A DNA stretch of 64,000 bases, from positions 1,708,769 to 1,772,768 of the forward strand of contig OZ244779.1 in assembly GCA_965219575.1 (NCBI GenBank), in the 5' to 3' direction. Made by a program: the position numbers and the translations under genes. Below are positions 1 through 15,000 of this stretch, piece by piece; position 1 is the first letter of the stretch; the number at the start of each line of letters is the position of its first letter. Under the pieces are notes generated by a model. The model searched no databases and was not told the DNA's origin. It was given only the letters and a program-made list of their open reading frames with translations. This DNA is from Candidatus Oxydemutatoraceae bacterium (GTDB lineage: Bacteria; Pseudomonadota; Gammaproteobacteria; Poriferisulfidales; Oxydemutatoraceae).

Positions 1-3000
1 TGCGCATCGAAGCGCGCGTTATTGCGACCGATGGGTTGCCAATCTATCCCTGCCAAGTCTATATCGGCTGTCAACTCATAACCGCGACAGCCGCTACGGC
101 AATAAATCCGAGTACTATTACTCGTGCCACCTGCCCTATAAAAACGACCGTCCAAACTATGACGCATCGCATTCAACTGTTCGGGGGTGGCAACATCTAT
201 CAAACCGTCGTTGTCGCCGTCTATTGCGGCGAGGTCTATCGGCTCATTCAGACGCGAAACGCTAAAACGGTAGCGATACGATTTGCGATCCTCGCCTTCT
301 TCTACGACCACATCCAATAGCGTATCACCGCCGGTGTCCAATGCAATCAGTGGTGTATCAGTGCCGCTTTTCACTCTGAGCACCTCGGTATCGGTGGTCG
401 TTTTATAGACCACAATATCGGCATTCGGAGCAAACGCCTCGGCAACAAAGCGTAGACCTTGTTGGTCGGCACCGACCACAATCTCGTAATCGTTGAATGT
501 CGCAAAATCAAAAGGTCGGCTGAGACCGGCATTGTCGAGTAACTCGAAACGCTTCATCAAGCTCCCCTGATACGGGAGTATCTTGCCGCACAACGGGTTG
601 TCGTGTCGTGCGCGTTGACATTCATCGGAATTGTACTTGATCACCGGAGATTGACCGGCACCACCGAAATCCCAATCGTCGGCATCCCAAGCGGCAAAAA
701 TACCGGTCATCGTCGTTGCCCGCAACTCGGCACCGCTTCTCGCTCGACTTGCCGGCACATCAACCCCGGCAATGTCGCGATCAAAATAGCTGTTTGTGAC
801 AACCCCTAGGCTATTACTCAGGTTTCCTTGCGCCACGCCCACTCTAGTCATCAGCATAGAGGCATAGCTGTTGCCGATGTTCAAACTTCGGTCGAGGTTC
901 GCTCCTAACATCGCAGTATTTATAAGTTCATTTTCGATCGTCGTTTCGATTCTTCCGATCGCACGGCTGTTTTCGATCGACTCACTACCGATGCTATCAC
1001 TGTAATTACTCAACACTAATCCATGCACAAAAGCGGGCTGCTCCGGTACGAAACGAATCGATGACCTCAAAGTGCCGATAAAATAGCTATTACTCAATGA
1101 AGACTTGGCAAAAAAAGCTGAAAAAGGAGCCACATCTTCTCCGCTTAAATCTCCGATTACATAACTATTGCGGATTGTACTTCTCGTTAAAGATGCTGCC
1201 ATTGCCACTGCTATGGTTGAATTTATATCCACATTGACTAAACCCAAGCCGTCTATATCGGAGTCCGAAACGATAGCGAAAAGTGCGATGAGATCGGAGG
1301 CATCCAATACGCTTAGATTGGATATTGCATAGCCGTTGCCTTTGAATACGGCATTGGATAAGTCAACGAATTCCCACCTTCGAGTCGTCCAGATAGGCCT
1401 ATTTGTGGCCGGCTCTCGATAGCTGGCAGGGTCGTCGAAATCCAAGTCTCGCATCAACTCGTAGCCACGGCATACACCATTCGGACAACCTACAGTATCG
1501 AGTTCACCATCGCGTGCCGTTCTATAACCTATCTCTTTTTGAAAATTGAAACGCACCATTGCCACATCTTCCAGATAATGAAGGTCTACCAAGCCATCGT
1601 TGTCGGCATCTATCGGCGTCTCAAACCGGTAATCCAAATAGACCGTATAGCGCACCGTGCGAGTGCCGTGAACCACAATGACGACTTCGGTGGTGCCGTC
1701 GGCGTTCAGAGGAATTACGCCGCTCGGTGCATCGCTGTTAATATTCTCGGATATTGGCGTATCGCCGACATAGACGCTATAGGTGGCAGTCGCTTCGCGT
1801 GTCGTGGCAACCAGCTGCACGCGCGGCGTATCGTTTAGCACCGTGGTGCGATAAGCACCGCCGATATCCAGTAGTGTGTCGTCGAAGGGTTCGGTGAGCT
1901 GTGCGTAGCGAGCGGTGAGTGCGCTCAAGCCGTAGCGTGTTTTGGGGGCAATCAGAGTACCACACACCGGCAGGCGCGATGTGGGATCTGCGGCACTATC
2001 TGCGGCACTGAGGCACGCCGAACTACCCAATATATCGGTTGCCGCAGTATATTTGAGCGTCGGGTATTGCTCGGGAGTGCCGAAATCCCAGTTGTCTTTA
2101 CTCCATAAGTAATAGACACCGGTCGCCGTGGTGCCCGGCTCGGTTGCCGCCCGCAACCGCTGCGAGGTTCTTGCAAATGCACTGAAGAGAGTTTGATCTA
2201 GAATGGTAGAGGAATTGAGACCACTATGCCAATAATTCGGCATAGTACTATCAATACGAGTAAATCTCACAGAAAAATTAGCAAATTCAGCTGTTGTTTG
2301 CTCGTCTAGTGCATAATTGGCATTCAATATCACTCCGATTATATTTCCAGCACCTAAAAATGTACCTGGTTGACTATTACCGGATGCAAAGATTAAATTA
2401 CCCCGCGTATAGTTATTACTGATATTAATCGCTTGCTCTCCTGAAAAGGTACCCCTTGTCAACTCTCCCGTTTGACCGACAAATCCACCAGTACCGAATA
2501 CACTAGCGATATTTCCTAGGTTATTGTTCGTAACCGAACCGACTGCAAAGCTGTTCAATACCGTACAGCCGTTGCATCTGCCGAGAATGCCGCCGCCGTT
2601 GTAATTGAAAACCTGCACTGCAACACTGCTCCTGCTGTTGACGATGATGCCGGTATTTGCCGGCTCGGGTCTGGTATCGGCAAAGGTGGTGGTGTAAAAA
2701 CCGATATTGCCGACCAGTCCGCCGACATTGATGTTACCCTCTACGCGACCGGTCGCGTAGCTGTTGGCAATGCGCCCACCCCCGCGCAGGTTGCCGGCTA
2801 TCGCACCGACACGCGTGCCGCCTTCTATGCGCACATCCGGCAAGCCGAGATTGCGTACCGCACCGCGGTTGCCGAGAACACCCTCGCTGCCGATATTGCC
2901 GAATAAGCCGACATAGTTTCTGCCGTCGCGGTTGATCTGCAGATTGGAGATTGTGTAGCCGTTGCCGTCGAACTCGGCGGTGAATCGTAGCCTTGGGGTG

Positions 3001-6000
3001 TTAATGCCGGGGGGCTGAAAACCGCCTATCGGTGTCCAACCGGTGTCGGTGGTGACGGCAAAGTCGTGGACGACCCAGCTGCGGTTTATTGCACCCGAGC
3101 GGTAGCTACTCGGGTCGTTGAAATCCAAATCGCGCATCAATTCATAGCCGCGGCAGACTCGGTTCGGACACCCTAAGACTCGCAGCGGGTCGTCGGCCGT
3201 CAATCTGTAGCCGACCTCCCCGCCGGCAAGATTGAGGCGTAGCATCGCAAGCTCTTCCAGATAGTTAATCTCTACGAGACCGTCGCGGTCGGCATCCACC
3301 GCCGGCAGCGGTGCAACCGGTTGATACTCCAGATAAAGGGTATAGCGCACCGTGCCGTTACCGTTGACCTCTACGACAACTTCGGTGATGCCGTCGCTGC
3401 GCAGGTCTATCGTGCCGCTGGGATCACCGCTGGCAATGTTGGTATTCTCATCTGTTAGCATGTCGTTGACATAGACGCTATAGGTGGCAGACGACTCCAA
3501 AGTCGTTGCGCGCAATGCGATTTGCGGCGCAACATTGCGCACCGTGCCGAAATACGCACTGCCGATATGGAGTGCATCGGCGTCAAATGGCGGGTCCATC
3601 CCGGCATCGCCGAGCGGGACGAGTGATTCCAAGCCCCAGCGTAGTTTGGGGGCAATCAGCGTGCCGCACACCGGCAGGCGCGATGTGGGATCTGCGGCAC
3701 TATCTGCGGCACTGAGGCACGCCGAACTACCCAATATATCGGTTGCCGCAGTATATTTGAGCGTCGGGTATTGCATGTCATTGCCGAAATCCCAGTTGTC
3801 CTTGCGCCATCGGTAATAGACAGCGGTATCCGTGGTGCTCGGCTTGGTTGGCTCCCGCAACTGCTGCGCGGTTCCTTCAAATGCATTTATTAGATTAATA
3901 ACATTCATCTTAAACATCGGGTTCGCACTCCGATTATAATTCGGCACGGTACTAGTAGGATTAACCATATGAGCTCTCAGAGCCAAAAATTCTGGTGGGT
4001 CTAACCGATTGTTATCAAAAAGGTTTCCAAGTGCATAATTGGCATTGATTATCGCCTCCCCCAAAACTCCACTACCCATAAATAAGCCTGGCTGAGCTGC
4101 TACAATAGACCGATAGAATAAATCACCCCATGCATAGTTATTACTGATATTGATCGCTTGGTTTGCATCGGAGCGCAGTCCAAAAGTTTCCCCTATTTGA
4201 CCGACAAATCCGCCAATACCGAATCGAGTGGGGATAGTTGATCTAAGTGCACTGTTCGTAACCGAACCCACCGCAAAGCTGTTCAATATCGTGCAGCCGT
4301 TGCATCTGCCGAGGATGCCGCCACCGTTGCTGAATCTAACCCCTACTTCAACACTGCTCCTGCTATTGACGATGATACCAGCGTTCGCACCATCAGGTCT
4401 GGTATCTTCGGGGACGGTGGTGAAAAAACCGATATTGCCGACGAGACCGCCGACATTGACATTCCCGGATATAATGCCGGTCGCATAGCTGTTGACAATG
4501 CGCCCACCCCCGCGCAGGTCGCCGGCTAGCGCACCGACACGGCCATTGGCTTGTATGGTCACATTTGCCACACCCAAATTGCGTACCGCACCGCCGTCGA
4601 TAGAACCGAATAAGCCTATAATGTTCAAGCTAATGCTGTTGATCTGCAAATTGTAGATTGCGTAGCCGTTGCCGTCGAACTCGCCGGTGAACGGTGTCGT
4701 TTCATTGCCTATCGGTAGCCAACCTTGGTTGACAGTTACAAAATTGAAACTTGGCACTCTCCAGTCCGGGTTTATTTCACCCGAGAGATAGCTGTTCGGG
4801 TCGTCGAAATTGAGGTCGCGCATCAATTCGTATTGACCCGCCAAGGTGGTGGTGCTGGCAGCGATGGCATGCAGGTGATCCAGATAATAGATCTCGGTGA
4901 ACCCGTCGCCGTCGCGGTCCGCCAGCATGCGATTTTCCAAGCGCAGATAGAGCGTATAGTGCACCGTCTCGGCACCTTTAACCTCTACGACGATTTCGTT
5001 GACATCGAAGCGGGATAGCGCAATCACACCGCTGGCATCACCGCTGTCAATGTCGGTATTATCAGCTGTTAGAGTGCCGTTCACATAGATGCTATAAGTG
5101 GCAGACGACTCTTGTGTGGTGCCGATCAATACGAGTTCGGGCGTGGCACTGCCGAAAGTGCCGAAATAAGCACCGCCGACATTCTGTGCCGTCGCATCGA
5201 AGGGGGGAGACAGCTCCGTGGCACCTTGCGCAACGAGTGATTTTAAGCCGTAGCGCACTTTGGGGGCAATCAGCGTGCCGCATACCGGCAGCCGAGGCGA
5301 TGTAGTGTCCGATGTACTGTCCTTGGCACTAAGACACGCCGGGCGACCCAGCACATCGGTTGCCGAAGTGTATTTGAGGATCGGGTATTGCTCGGCAGTA
5401 CCGAAATCCCAGTTTTCTTCGCGCCATAAGTAATAGACATCGGTGGGCGTGGTACCCGGCTTGATTGGCTCCCGCAACTGCTGCGCGGTTCTTTCAAATG
5501 CACTGAAGAGAGTTTGATCTAGAATGGTAGAGGAATTGAGACCACTATGCCAATAATTCGGCATAGTACTATCAATACGAGTAAATCTCGCAAAAGAATT
5601 AGCAAATTCAGCTGTTGTTTGCTCGTCTAGTGCATAATTGGCATTCAATATCACTCCGATTATATTTCCAGCACCTAAAAATGTACCTGGTTGACTATTA
5701 CCGGATGCAAAGATTAAATTACCCCGCGTATAGTTATTACTGATATTAATCGCTTGCTCTCCTGAAAAAGCACCCCTTGTCAGCTCTCCCGTTTGACCGA
5801 CAAATCCACCAGTACCGAATACATTAGCGATACTTCCTAGGTTATTGTTCGTAACCGAACCGACCGCAAAGCTGTTCAATACCGTACAGCCGTTGCATCT
5901 GCCGAGGATGCCACCGCCGTTGTAACTGAACACCCGCACTGCGACACTGCTTCTGCTGTTGACGATAATGCCGGTATTTGCCGGCTCGGATCTGGTATTG

Positions 6001-9000
6001 GCAAAAACGGGGGTATAAAAACCGATATTGCCGACCAGTCCGCCGACATTGAGGGATCCACCTACGAGACCGGTCGCATAGCTATTGGCAATGCGCCCAC
6101 CCCCGCGCAGGTCGCCGGCGATCGCACCGACATGTCTCAAAGCAGTTATATTCACATTTGCGACACCCAGATTACGCACCGCACCGCCGTTGTCGATAGC
6201 ACCGAATAAGCCTACAAAGTCGGTGGTAATACGATTGATCTGCAGATTAGAGATTGCGTAGCTGTTGCCTTCAAATTCGCCGGTGAACGGGCCGGCATCG
6301 GTACCTATCGGCACCCACCCTAGCGGATCATTACCAAGGCGATCGAACTCTGACACCCTCCAGTCTTGGTTTATTGCACCCGAGCGGTAGCTGTTCGGGT
6401 CGTCAAAATCCAAATCGCGCATCAATTCGTAGCCGCGACATATTCCACCCGGACAACCGAAGGCATTCGGTTCGGCATCGGGTGCGGCTTTATAGCCTAT
6501 CTCGGTGTCTTGCGGGGTGTTGAAATTGAGCGTCGCAAGGTCTTCCAGATAATTGATATCTACCAAGCCGTCGTGGTCGGTGTCTACCGAGGTTGCCGGC
6601 ACATAATCCAGATTGAGGGTATAGCGCACCGGCTCGGTGCCGTGAACCTCTACGACGACTTCGGTGATGCCGTCGGCGTTCAGAGGAATTACGCCGCTCG
6701 GTGCACCGCTGTCAATGCGGGTACTCCCGGGTAATACGCTGCCGTTCACATAGATGCTGTAGGCAGACGATTTCAAGGTCGTGGCAATCAATACCAGTTC
6801 GGGTGTGTCATTGCGCACGGTGCCGGAATAAATACCGTCTATATGGAGTGCCGCGGCATCGAAGGGGGGACTCAACTGGATGTTACGGGCAGTGTCGAGT
6901 GCGCTTAAACCATAGCGTAGTTTGGGAGCAATCAGTCTGCCGCATACCGGCAGCCGAGGCGATGCGGTGTCCTCGGCACTGCGACACGCCGGACTACCCA
7001 GCACATCGGTTGCCGCAGTGTATTTGAGCGTCGGGTATTGCTCGGCAGTGCCGAAATCCCAGTTGTCCTCACTCCATCGGTAATAGACATCGGTAGGCGT
7101 AGTGCCCGGCTCGGTTGGTGATCGCAACTGCTGCGCGGTTTTTTCAAATGCATTTATAGGAAGGTTTTGATCAGTATCATCTATGATATCGGGAGTAATA
7201 TCATCGGCATAATAATTCGGCACGGTACGAGCAGGGACAGTTAAAGGTGAAGCAATAAATGGTGAAGGTATTAATTCATCATTCTGAATAGCACGCCCAC
7301 TTGCATAATTGGCATTCACTATCGCCTTCTGCAAAGTTCCAGCACCTACAAATGTGCCTGGGTTAACTCTACCGATTCTAAATATCAAATCACCCCACGC
7401 ATAGTTATTGCTGATATTAATCGCTTGATCTATATTGAAGCGACCTCCAGTCGTTTCACCCATTTGACCGACAAATCCGCCATTGCCTCGAATAGAAAAA
7501 GGCTCTAGCTCTGAATTGTTAGTAACCGAACCGACCGCAAAGCTGTTCAATATCGTACAGCCGTTGCATCTGCCGAGGATGCCGCCGCCGTTGTAGTTTC
7601 TAGCCTCTACTGCGACACTGCTCCTGCTGTTGACGATGATGCCGGTATTTGCCGGATCAGGTCTGGTATCGTTGGGTTCGGTAGTAAAAAAACCGATATT
7701 GCCGACCAGTCCGCCGACATTGAAATTCCCTGATATAATGCCGGTCGCATAGCTGTTGACAATGCGCCCACCGCCGCGCAAGTCGCCGGCGATCGCACCG
7801 ACATGCGTGCCGCCCTCTATGCGCACATTCGACAAGCCGAGATTGCGCACCGCACCGCCGTTGCCGATAGAACCGAATAAGCCTACGAAGTCGGTGGTAG
7901 TGCGGTTGATCTGCAAATTGGATATCACGAAGTTGTTGCCGTCAAACTCGCCGCTGAACGGTGCCGTTTCATTGCCTATCGGCACCCAACCGGTGTCGGT
8001 GGTATTGGCAATCCAGTATTGGTTTATTGCACCCGAGCGGTAGCTGTTCGGGTCGTTAAAATCCAAATCGCGCATCAATTTGTAGTTGTCTGCCAAAGTC
8101 GTCTCATCGGCATTGATTGCTTGAAGGTGCTCCAGATAATAGATCTCCAAGAAACCGTCGCCGTCAATGTCCGCCGCTACGCGATCACTCAGGTAGTTCA
8201 GGTCCAGCGGATAGTAGACGCTCTCGTTATCGCTACCGATAATCTCCAGAACGATGCGGTTGACACCTTCAACCAAAATGATCGGCGTGGCAATCGTGCC
8301 ACTGTCGATGCTGTCATGGAGCGTGCCGTCGATGCTCCCGAGATAGATATTGATGAACGCACCGTCTTGCGTTGCGGTCGGGATCAAGGCGACGGTGTCG
8401 GTGCTAACCGTGCCAAGATAACCGCTACCGCCGGCGGTGAAAGGTGGTAGCAATTCGCCCGATGCCAATTCCAGATTCTTCAAAGCGTTGCGAATTTGTG
8501 GTGAGATAATATCACCACAGTTCGGCAGACCGGTGCCGTCGCAAACCGCAACGGCATTAATGGATGCGTATTTCAATATCGGGTATTGCATGTCGCTACC
8601 GAAATCCCAGTCGGTGTTACTCCAGTTCGCATAAATGCCGGTGGCAGCATTTCGGTTAGTCGGTGCTTGCAGTTGTATCGTAGTTCGACCGCTACCGGAA
8701 GCACTGATATCCAGTCCGCCGGTCTGTCTATCCCAATAGCTATCTTGAGCGGTAGCCGATCCTGTCCCTATTAAACCCCCTAGCGCAGACCCGCTACCGG
8801 ATACGCGACCGGTTGCATAGCTATTGCTTATCGTGTTCGCACCCGACGCATTACCGACCAACCCCCCGACATCGGACGCATCGCCGGCAACAACCGCACC
8901 CGTCGCATAGCTGTTCATGATGACGGCATTGTCTAATTTTTGACCGACCAAGCCGCCTATATCTTGATTGGTGCCGGCATTTATCACATCGACACGACCG

Positions 9001-12000
9001 GTCGCATAGCTATTTCTAATTTCACTATTAAAATGCCAACCGACTAAACCACCGATATTCCACTCACCCGAAACATTGCCGCTTGCATGACTGTTGACGA
9101 TATCGGCAGTACCATTGCCGGCTAATCCTCCGACTCGTTGTTCACCTAAAACATTAACGGCTACATGGCTGTTGGCAATCAAACCGCCACGATGAATGCC
9201 AACCAAACCGCCGACAGCACCTTCTGCGGAGATGTCACCGCTCGCATAACTACCGATGATGGTACCTCGATTGTCACCGACCAGTGCACCGACAGTAGTG
9301 GAACCTTGTATTTTTACACCGATCAAACCAAGATTGCGCACCATACTGCCGGGACCGGTAGCAGCGAACAAGCCCCTAAAGGTGGAACCAGCACCAGTAC
9401 TGCGGTTGATTTGTAGATTGAATATCGTATAGCCGTTGCCGTCGAACTCGCCGGTGTATCGGTTCCTTAAATCACCTATGGAATCCCAGCCGATATCATC
9501 GCCATCGTCATCGTCGAAATCATCCACCGTCCAATCGCTGTTGACGGTGCCCGAGAGATAACTGTCGGCATCGTTGAAGTCCAGATCGCGCATCAATTCG
9601 TAGTTGCCGGTGAGGTTGTTTCTAATCGCATCCAGATGCTCCAGATAATAGAGCTCGACGAACCCGTTGCCGTCTCGGTCCGCCAACACACGATCGCCTA
9701 GATAGTTTATATAGAGCGGATATTGAACGCGCGTCGTGCCGGTGATGATCTCCAAGACGATGCGGTTGACAGCGTCTCGATCCAATACAATCGGCATGCT
9801 ACTCATACCACTAACGACACTTTGATCGGGTGTGCCGTCGACGCTGCCGAGATAGATGTTGATAACGGTATCGTCGTGCATTGCGGTCGGGATTAAGGCA
9901 ATGGTGTCGGTGGTCGCACCGCCTAGATAGTTGCTACTGCCGGCATTGAAAGCCGGTATCAATGTCCCCGATACCAATTCCAAATTTCTCAAGCCGTTGC
10001 GAATTTGCGGTGATATTAGATCACCACAATTCGGCAGACCGTTGCCGTCACAAACCGTAACGGTAGCGGTGGATGCGTATTTTAATATCGGATATTGCTC
10101 GGTATTGCCGAAATCCCAATCGTCGGGATCCCAGTTCTCATAGATGCCGATGTCGGCATTTTGATTGGTCGGTGTTTGCAGTTGTGTTGTCGTTTGACTG
10201 CTCCCGGAAGCACTGCTATCCAGTCCGCTGGTCCGGCTATCCCAATAGCTGTTGCGAGCGGTAGCCGATCCTGTCCCTATTAAACCCCCTAGCGCAGACC
10301 CGCCGGCGGATACGCGACCGGTTGCATAGCTATTGCTTATCGTGTTTGCCCCCGACGCATTACCGACCAAACCGCCCACATCGGATGCATCGCCGGCGAC
10401 GATCGCACCCGTCGCATAGCTGTTTCTAATCACGGCGTTGTTTGATTTTTCACCCACCAAACCGCCTATATACCGATTAATAGTAGCTTCTATCACACGA
10501 ACACGACCGCTCGCATAGCTATTTCCGATTTCACTATTTGCATATACACCGACTAAACCACCGACCGACTGCTCACCCGAAACATTACCGGTTGCATGGC
10601 TGTTGATGATATCGGAAGCGCCGTTGCCGACCAATCCGCCGACCCGTTGTCGACCTACGACATTAACGGCTGCATCGCTGTTGGCAATCAAACCGCTACT
10701 AAAATGTCCCACCAGACCACCGACCCGATGCCCGGCGACGATACGACCGCTTGCGTAGCTACCGATGATAGTCGCTTGATTGGCACCGACCAGTGCACCG
10801 ACAAGATTGGCACCTTGTATTTTTACACCGATCAAACCGAGATTGCGCACCATGCCGCCGCGACCGGTAGCACCGAACAGGCCTTGAAGTGTGCCGTTAT
10901 CTCGGTTGATTTGTAGATTAGATATCGTGTAGCCGTTGCCTTCGAGGCGACCGGTGAATCGGTTGCTATCGGTACCTATCGGTTGCCAACCGAGGTCGGT
11001 GGCATCGTCGAAATCGTCCACCGTCCAGAGTGCTTTATTTGCCAAATCTTCGTAGCTGGTATCGTCCAGAAAATCCAGGTCTCTGGTTAGTACATAGTTA
11101 CCGTCGCTATTGTTGCGTATGTTATCGAGGTCTTCCAAAGTGTCGATTATGGTCGCCGGATTGCCGTCTTCATCGAATAAGCCGAAGCGATAGCGGAGCG
11201 ATAAGTTGTAGCGGTCCACACCGCCGCTTCGGCCGTCGCTAGCGGGCGTGATCACTTCTATCGCAATATATGTCGTAGTGCTTTCGCTCAGTGTTATTTC
11301 TCGGCTAACAACACCGCCGGCAACGGCGGTCATCGGCATGCTACGACCGGTTTCGTTATATGCGTCGTCCATATAGATAAAGGTGATCTGCGCATTCGGG
11401 TCGGTAGCAACGGCAACCAGGTTGGCACTCGGGGTGTCGCGTTCGACAACACCGATGTAGCTCCGATAGCGGGTGTCGGGCGGAGGAACCAGTCTGCTTC
11501 TGCGTTCCGACACACCCAATGCGATCAGTGCGCGCCGCGCGATTACTGCACCGCAATTCGGCAAACCGTCGCCGTCGCAGGCTCGGCTACGCCCGGTGGT
11601 GTTGGCAGCGTATTTCAGAACCGGGTATTGGGTGTTATTGCCGAAATCCCAATTCGCATTGTCCCAGTTGTAATAAACATCGCTCACATTTCCCGATTGG
11701 GCACTACCGGCTTGCAACTCGGCAGTGCTTAGCAAGGCGGAATTACGGATTGTTGCTCCCGAACTTATGTTGTTCACCAAAGGTCGCAACGACAGATCGG
11801 AGTTTGCATAGCTATTGATTAGCGACGCATTGGAATTGCTCAAGCGACCGATCAGGCTACCGCCGACATCCACCCTGCCGATGCCGTAACTATTTTCATA
11901 CAGACCTCGGTTATTCGTACCCGCTAATCCGCCGACCTCGCTCCGACCTTGAACCCAACCGGTGGTATAGAGGTTTCTATAGTTTGAATAGCTACTGCCG

Positions 12001-15000
12001 AATAATCCGCCGACATTGCGATTACCGCTAACAAAACTATCGGCGTAGCTATTGTAGCTGGTTGCCGTAGTCGGTGTGAAAGCACTACGACCGACCAAGC
12101 CGCCGACCGAGTTTTGACCGCGAACGATACCCGCCGCATAGCTGTTGCCGATGATATTCTTATCTTCGCCGACCAAACCGCCGGAAATACTATCGCTCGC
12201 CGAACTTTGAACGGTGCATACCGCATGGCTATTTAGGATTTCGCCGTTGTCGGCATTGCGTCCGACCAAGCCACCCAAGCCTCTGCTACCGCGCACCGTG
12301 CCGTGCGCATAACTGCCGATCACCGTGCCGTCGTTCATGCCGGCCAAAGTGCCGACACCGGGGTAATCGTCGGCGTGCCGATTGCCGTTGTAGTCTTCTA
12401 TCTCGGCATCGACCAAGCCCAGATTGCGCACCGTCCCGACACTGCCGATGACCCCGAACAAGCCTTTGTGCATGGCGTTATCGTCGTTGTTGATTTGCAG
12501 ATTGGCTATCGTATAGCCGTTGCCGTCGAAGGTGCCGGTGAACGGTGTGTCGGCATCGCCTATCGGTGTCCAGCCGAGGTCGGTCGCATCGCGATAGTCG
12601 TCCACCGTCCAAATCGCTCTGAAAACGGTGCCGTCGTAGCTGGCATCGTCTGCAAAATCCAAGTTGCGGGTCAATACATAATTCCCGCTCAGACGGTTGC
12701 GCACCGCATCGAGGTCCTCCAGCGAGTCTATCGGAACGCCGGGGCGGTATCGCAGATGTAGCGGATATTCTACGGTCGGTTGACCGGCAACACTCGGGGT
12801 GATTTCAATAACGACATATTGGATCGTGTCTTGTTTTAGCCGAAACGGCGCACTGAGATCGCCGCTGCTGAACGCATCGCCGAGTTGCCGGCGGGCGGTG
12901 CCGTCGTATAGATAGATTCTGATCTCGGCAGCACTATCAAGTGCGACCGGGCGCAGACGGATATTGTCGCGCAACGACAATACCTCACCCGAATAATTGC
13001 TCTGTCCGACGGCGAAGCGAGGCAACAATTCACCGTCGACTATAGATAAATCCTGCAACAAGCCGAAGCGCAACTGCGGTGCTATCAGGCTCCCGCAAAC
13101 CGGTAAACCGCCGACACCGGCGGCATTACAAGTGCGCACACCGGTGATGTCGGGATTTTGTGCGTATTTGAGTGTCGGGTATTGCTCGGCAGTGCCGAAA
13201 TCCCAGTCGTCGCTACTCCAGTTCGCATAGATGCCGGTTGCGGCATTTTGATCGGTCGGTTCCTGCAGTTGTGTCGTAGTTTGACCGCTGCCGGAAGCAC
13301 TTGTATCCAATCCGCCGGTCTGCCTGTCCCAGTAGCTGTCGCGAGCGGTACCCGATCCTGCCCCTATTAAACCCCCTATCGCAGACCCGCCGGCGAATAC
13401 ATTACCGGTTGCATAGCTATTGTTTATCGTGTTCGCACCCGACGCATTACCGGCAAAACCACCCACATTAAACGCATCGCCACCGGTGATCGCACCGGTC
13501 GCATAGCTGTTTCTAATGACGGCATTGTCCGATTTTTGACCTGCAAAACCGCCTATGTGTTCATTAAAAGTGGCATCCATAACCCGAACACGGCCGGTCG
13601 CATAGCTATTTCTGATTTCCCCGGTGTTGAACTCGCCGATGAAACCACCACCCAAACCCTCTGCCGAAACATCGCCGGTCGCATAACTGTTGATGATCAA
13701 ATTGGGGGTCGTTCCTTCGGCAATACCGACCAAGCCTCCGACACCATCGGTTCCGGTGACATCGACGGCAGCATAGCTGTTGATAATCCATCCCGACCGA
13801 AGATGTGCGGCAACCAAACCGCCGACATGATCGGTTCCGCTAACTGTGCCGACCGCATAACTGCCGATGACGGTGCCTCGGTTTGCACCGACCAGCGCAG
13901 CGGTGTCCTGTTCACCCGCTATATCGACATCGATTAAACCGAGGTTGCGTATAGTACCGGTGATACTGCCGAACAGACTGTGACCGGCACCGCTTCTATT
14001 AATCTGCAGATTGGATATCACGAAGCCGTTGCCGTCGAACTCGCCGCCGAATCGGGCGGTATCGGTGCCTATCGATTGCCAACCGGTATCGGCAGGATCG
14101 TCGAAATCGTCCACCGTCCAAGTCGCTTTATTTGCCAAGTCGTCGTAGCTGTCATCGTCTTCAAAATCCAAGTTGCGGGTCAATAGATAACGCGCATCGA
14201 GACGGTTGCGTATGTTGTACAGGTCTTCCAGCGAGTCTATTTCAACGACCGCATCGCGCGACCGGTATTGCAGATACAGCGGATATTCTACGGTCGGTTC
14301 GCCATCGGCACTCGGGTTGATTTCAACGATGAGGTACTGGGTATCATCGGTATCCAGCATAATCGGCGCGCTGCGGTTGCCGGCGGCGAGGGTGTTGCCG
14401 ATCTGCGTCTTGACGCCGGCAACGAACTCGAAGATTTTGATCTCGGCAGCGAGATCGAATGCGATCGGTTGCAAACGGATCGGGTTTTCGGAAGACACTA
14501 CGCGACCGCTGTAACTGCCGTGATTTGACACATGGAATGGAGGCTCCAATTCGCCGTCGACGACGAGTATATCCTCCAATAAGCCGTAGCGGAGTTGCGG
14601 TGCTATCAGGCTCCCGCAGATCGGCAACCCGTCGCCACCGTCGGCATTGCAACTTTGCGGCCCGTCGCTCCTTGGATTTAATCTATATTTGAGTATCGGG
14701 TATTGCCTATCGGTGCCGAAATCCCAATAGTCGAGGTTCCATCCGGTGTATCGCTCGGGAGCCGTTGCATTCGCTGCGGTCGGCAATTGCATCTCTTCGG
14801 TGGTCAGACCGCTGCCCGCAGCACTGGTAGCTCGACCGCTGGTTTGCGTATTCCAATAGCTATTCCTGACACCGGCACGAATGCCGCCGGTGTCGAAGCC
14901 GCCGATCAACCCCCCTATCGGTGTTCCGCTTCCCGATACGCGACCGATAGAATATACATTGCTTGTTCGACCTCGCCGGGCAAAACCGACAAAACCACCC

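Noticed and set aside
2175-7530. Diversity-generating retroelement as the cause of module variation
   Set aside because: No reverse transcriptase in the window, and differences between the near-identical copies are A/G and C/T transitions in both directions rather than adenine-specific
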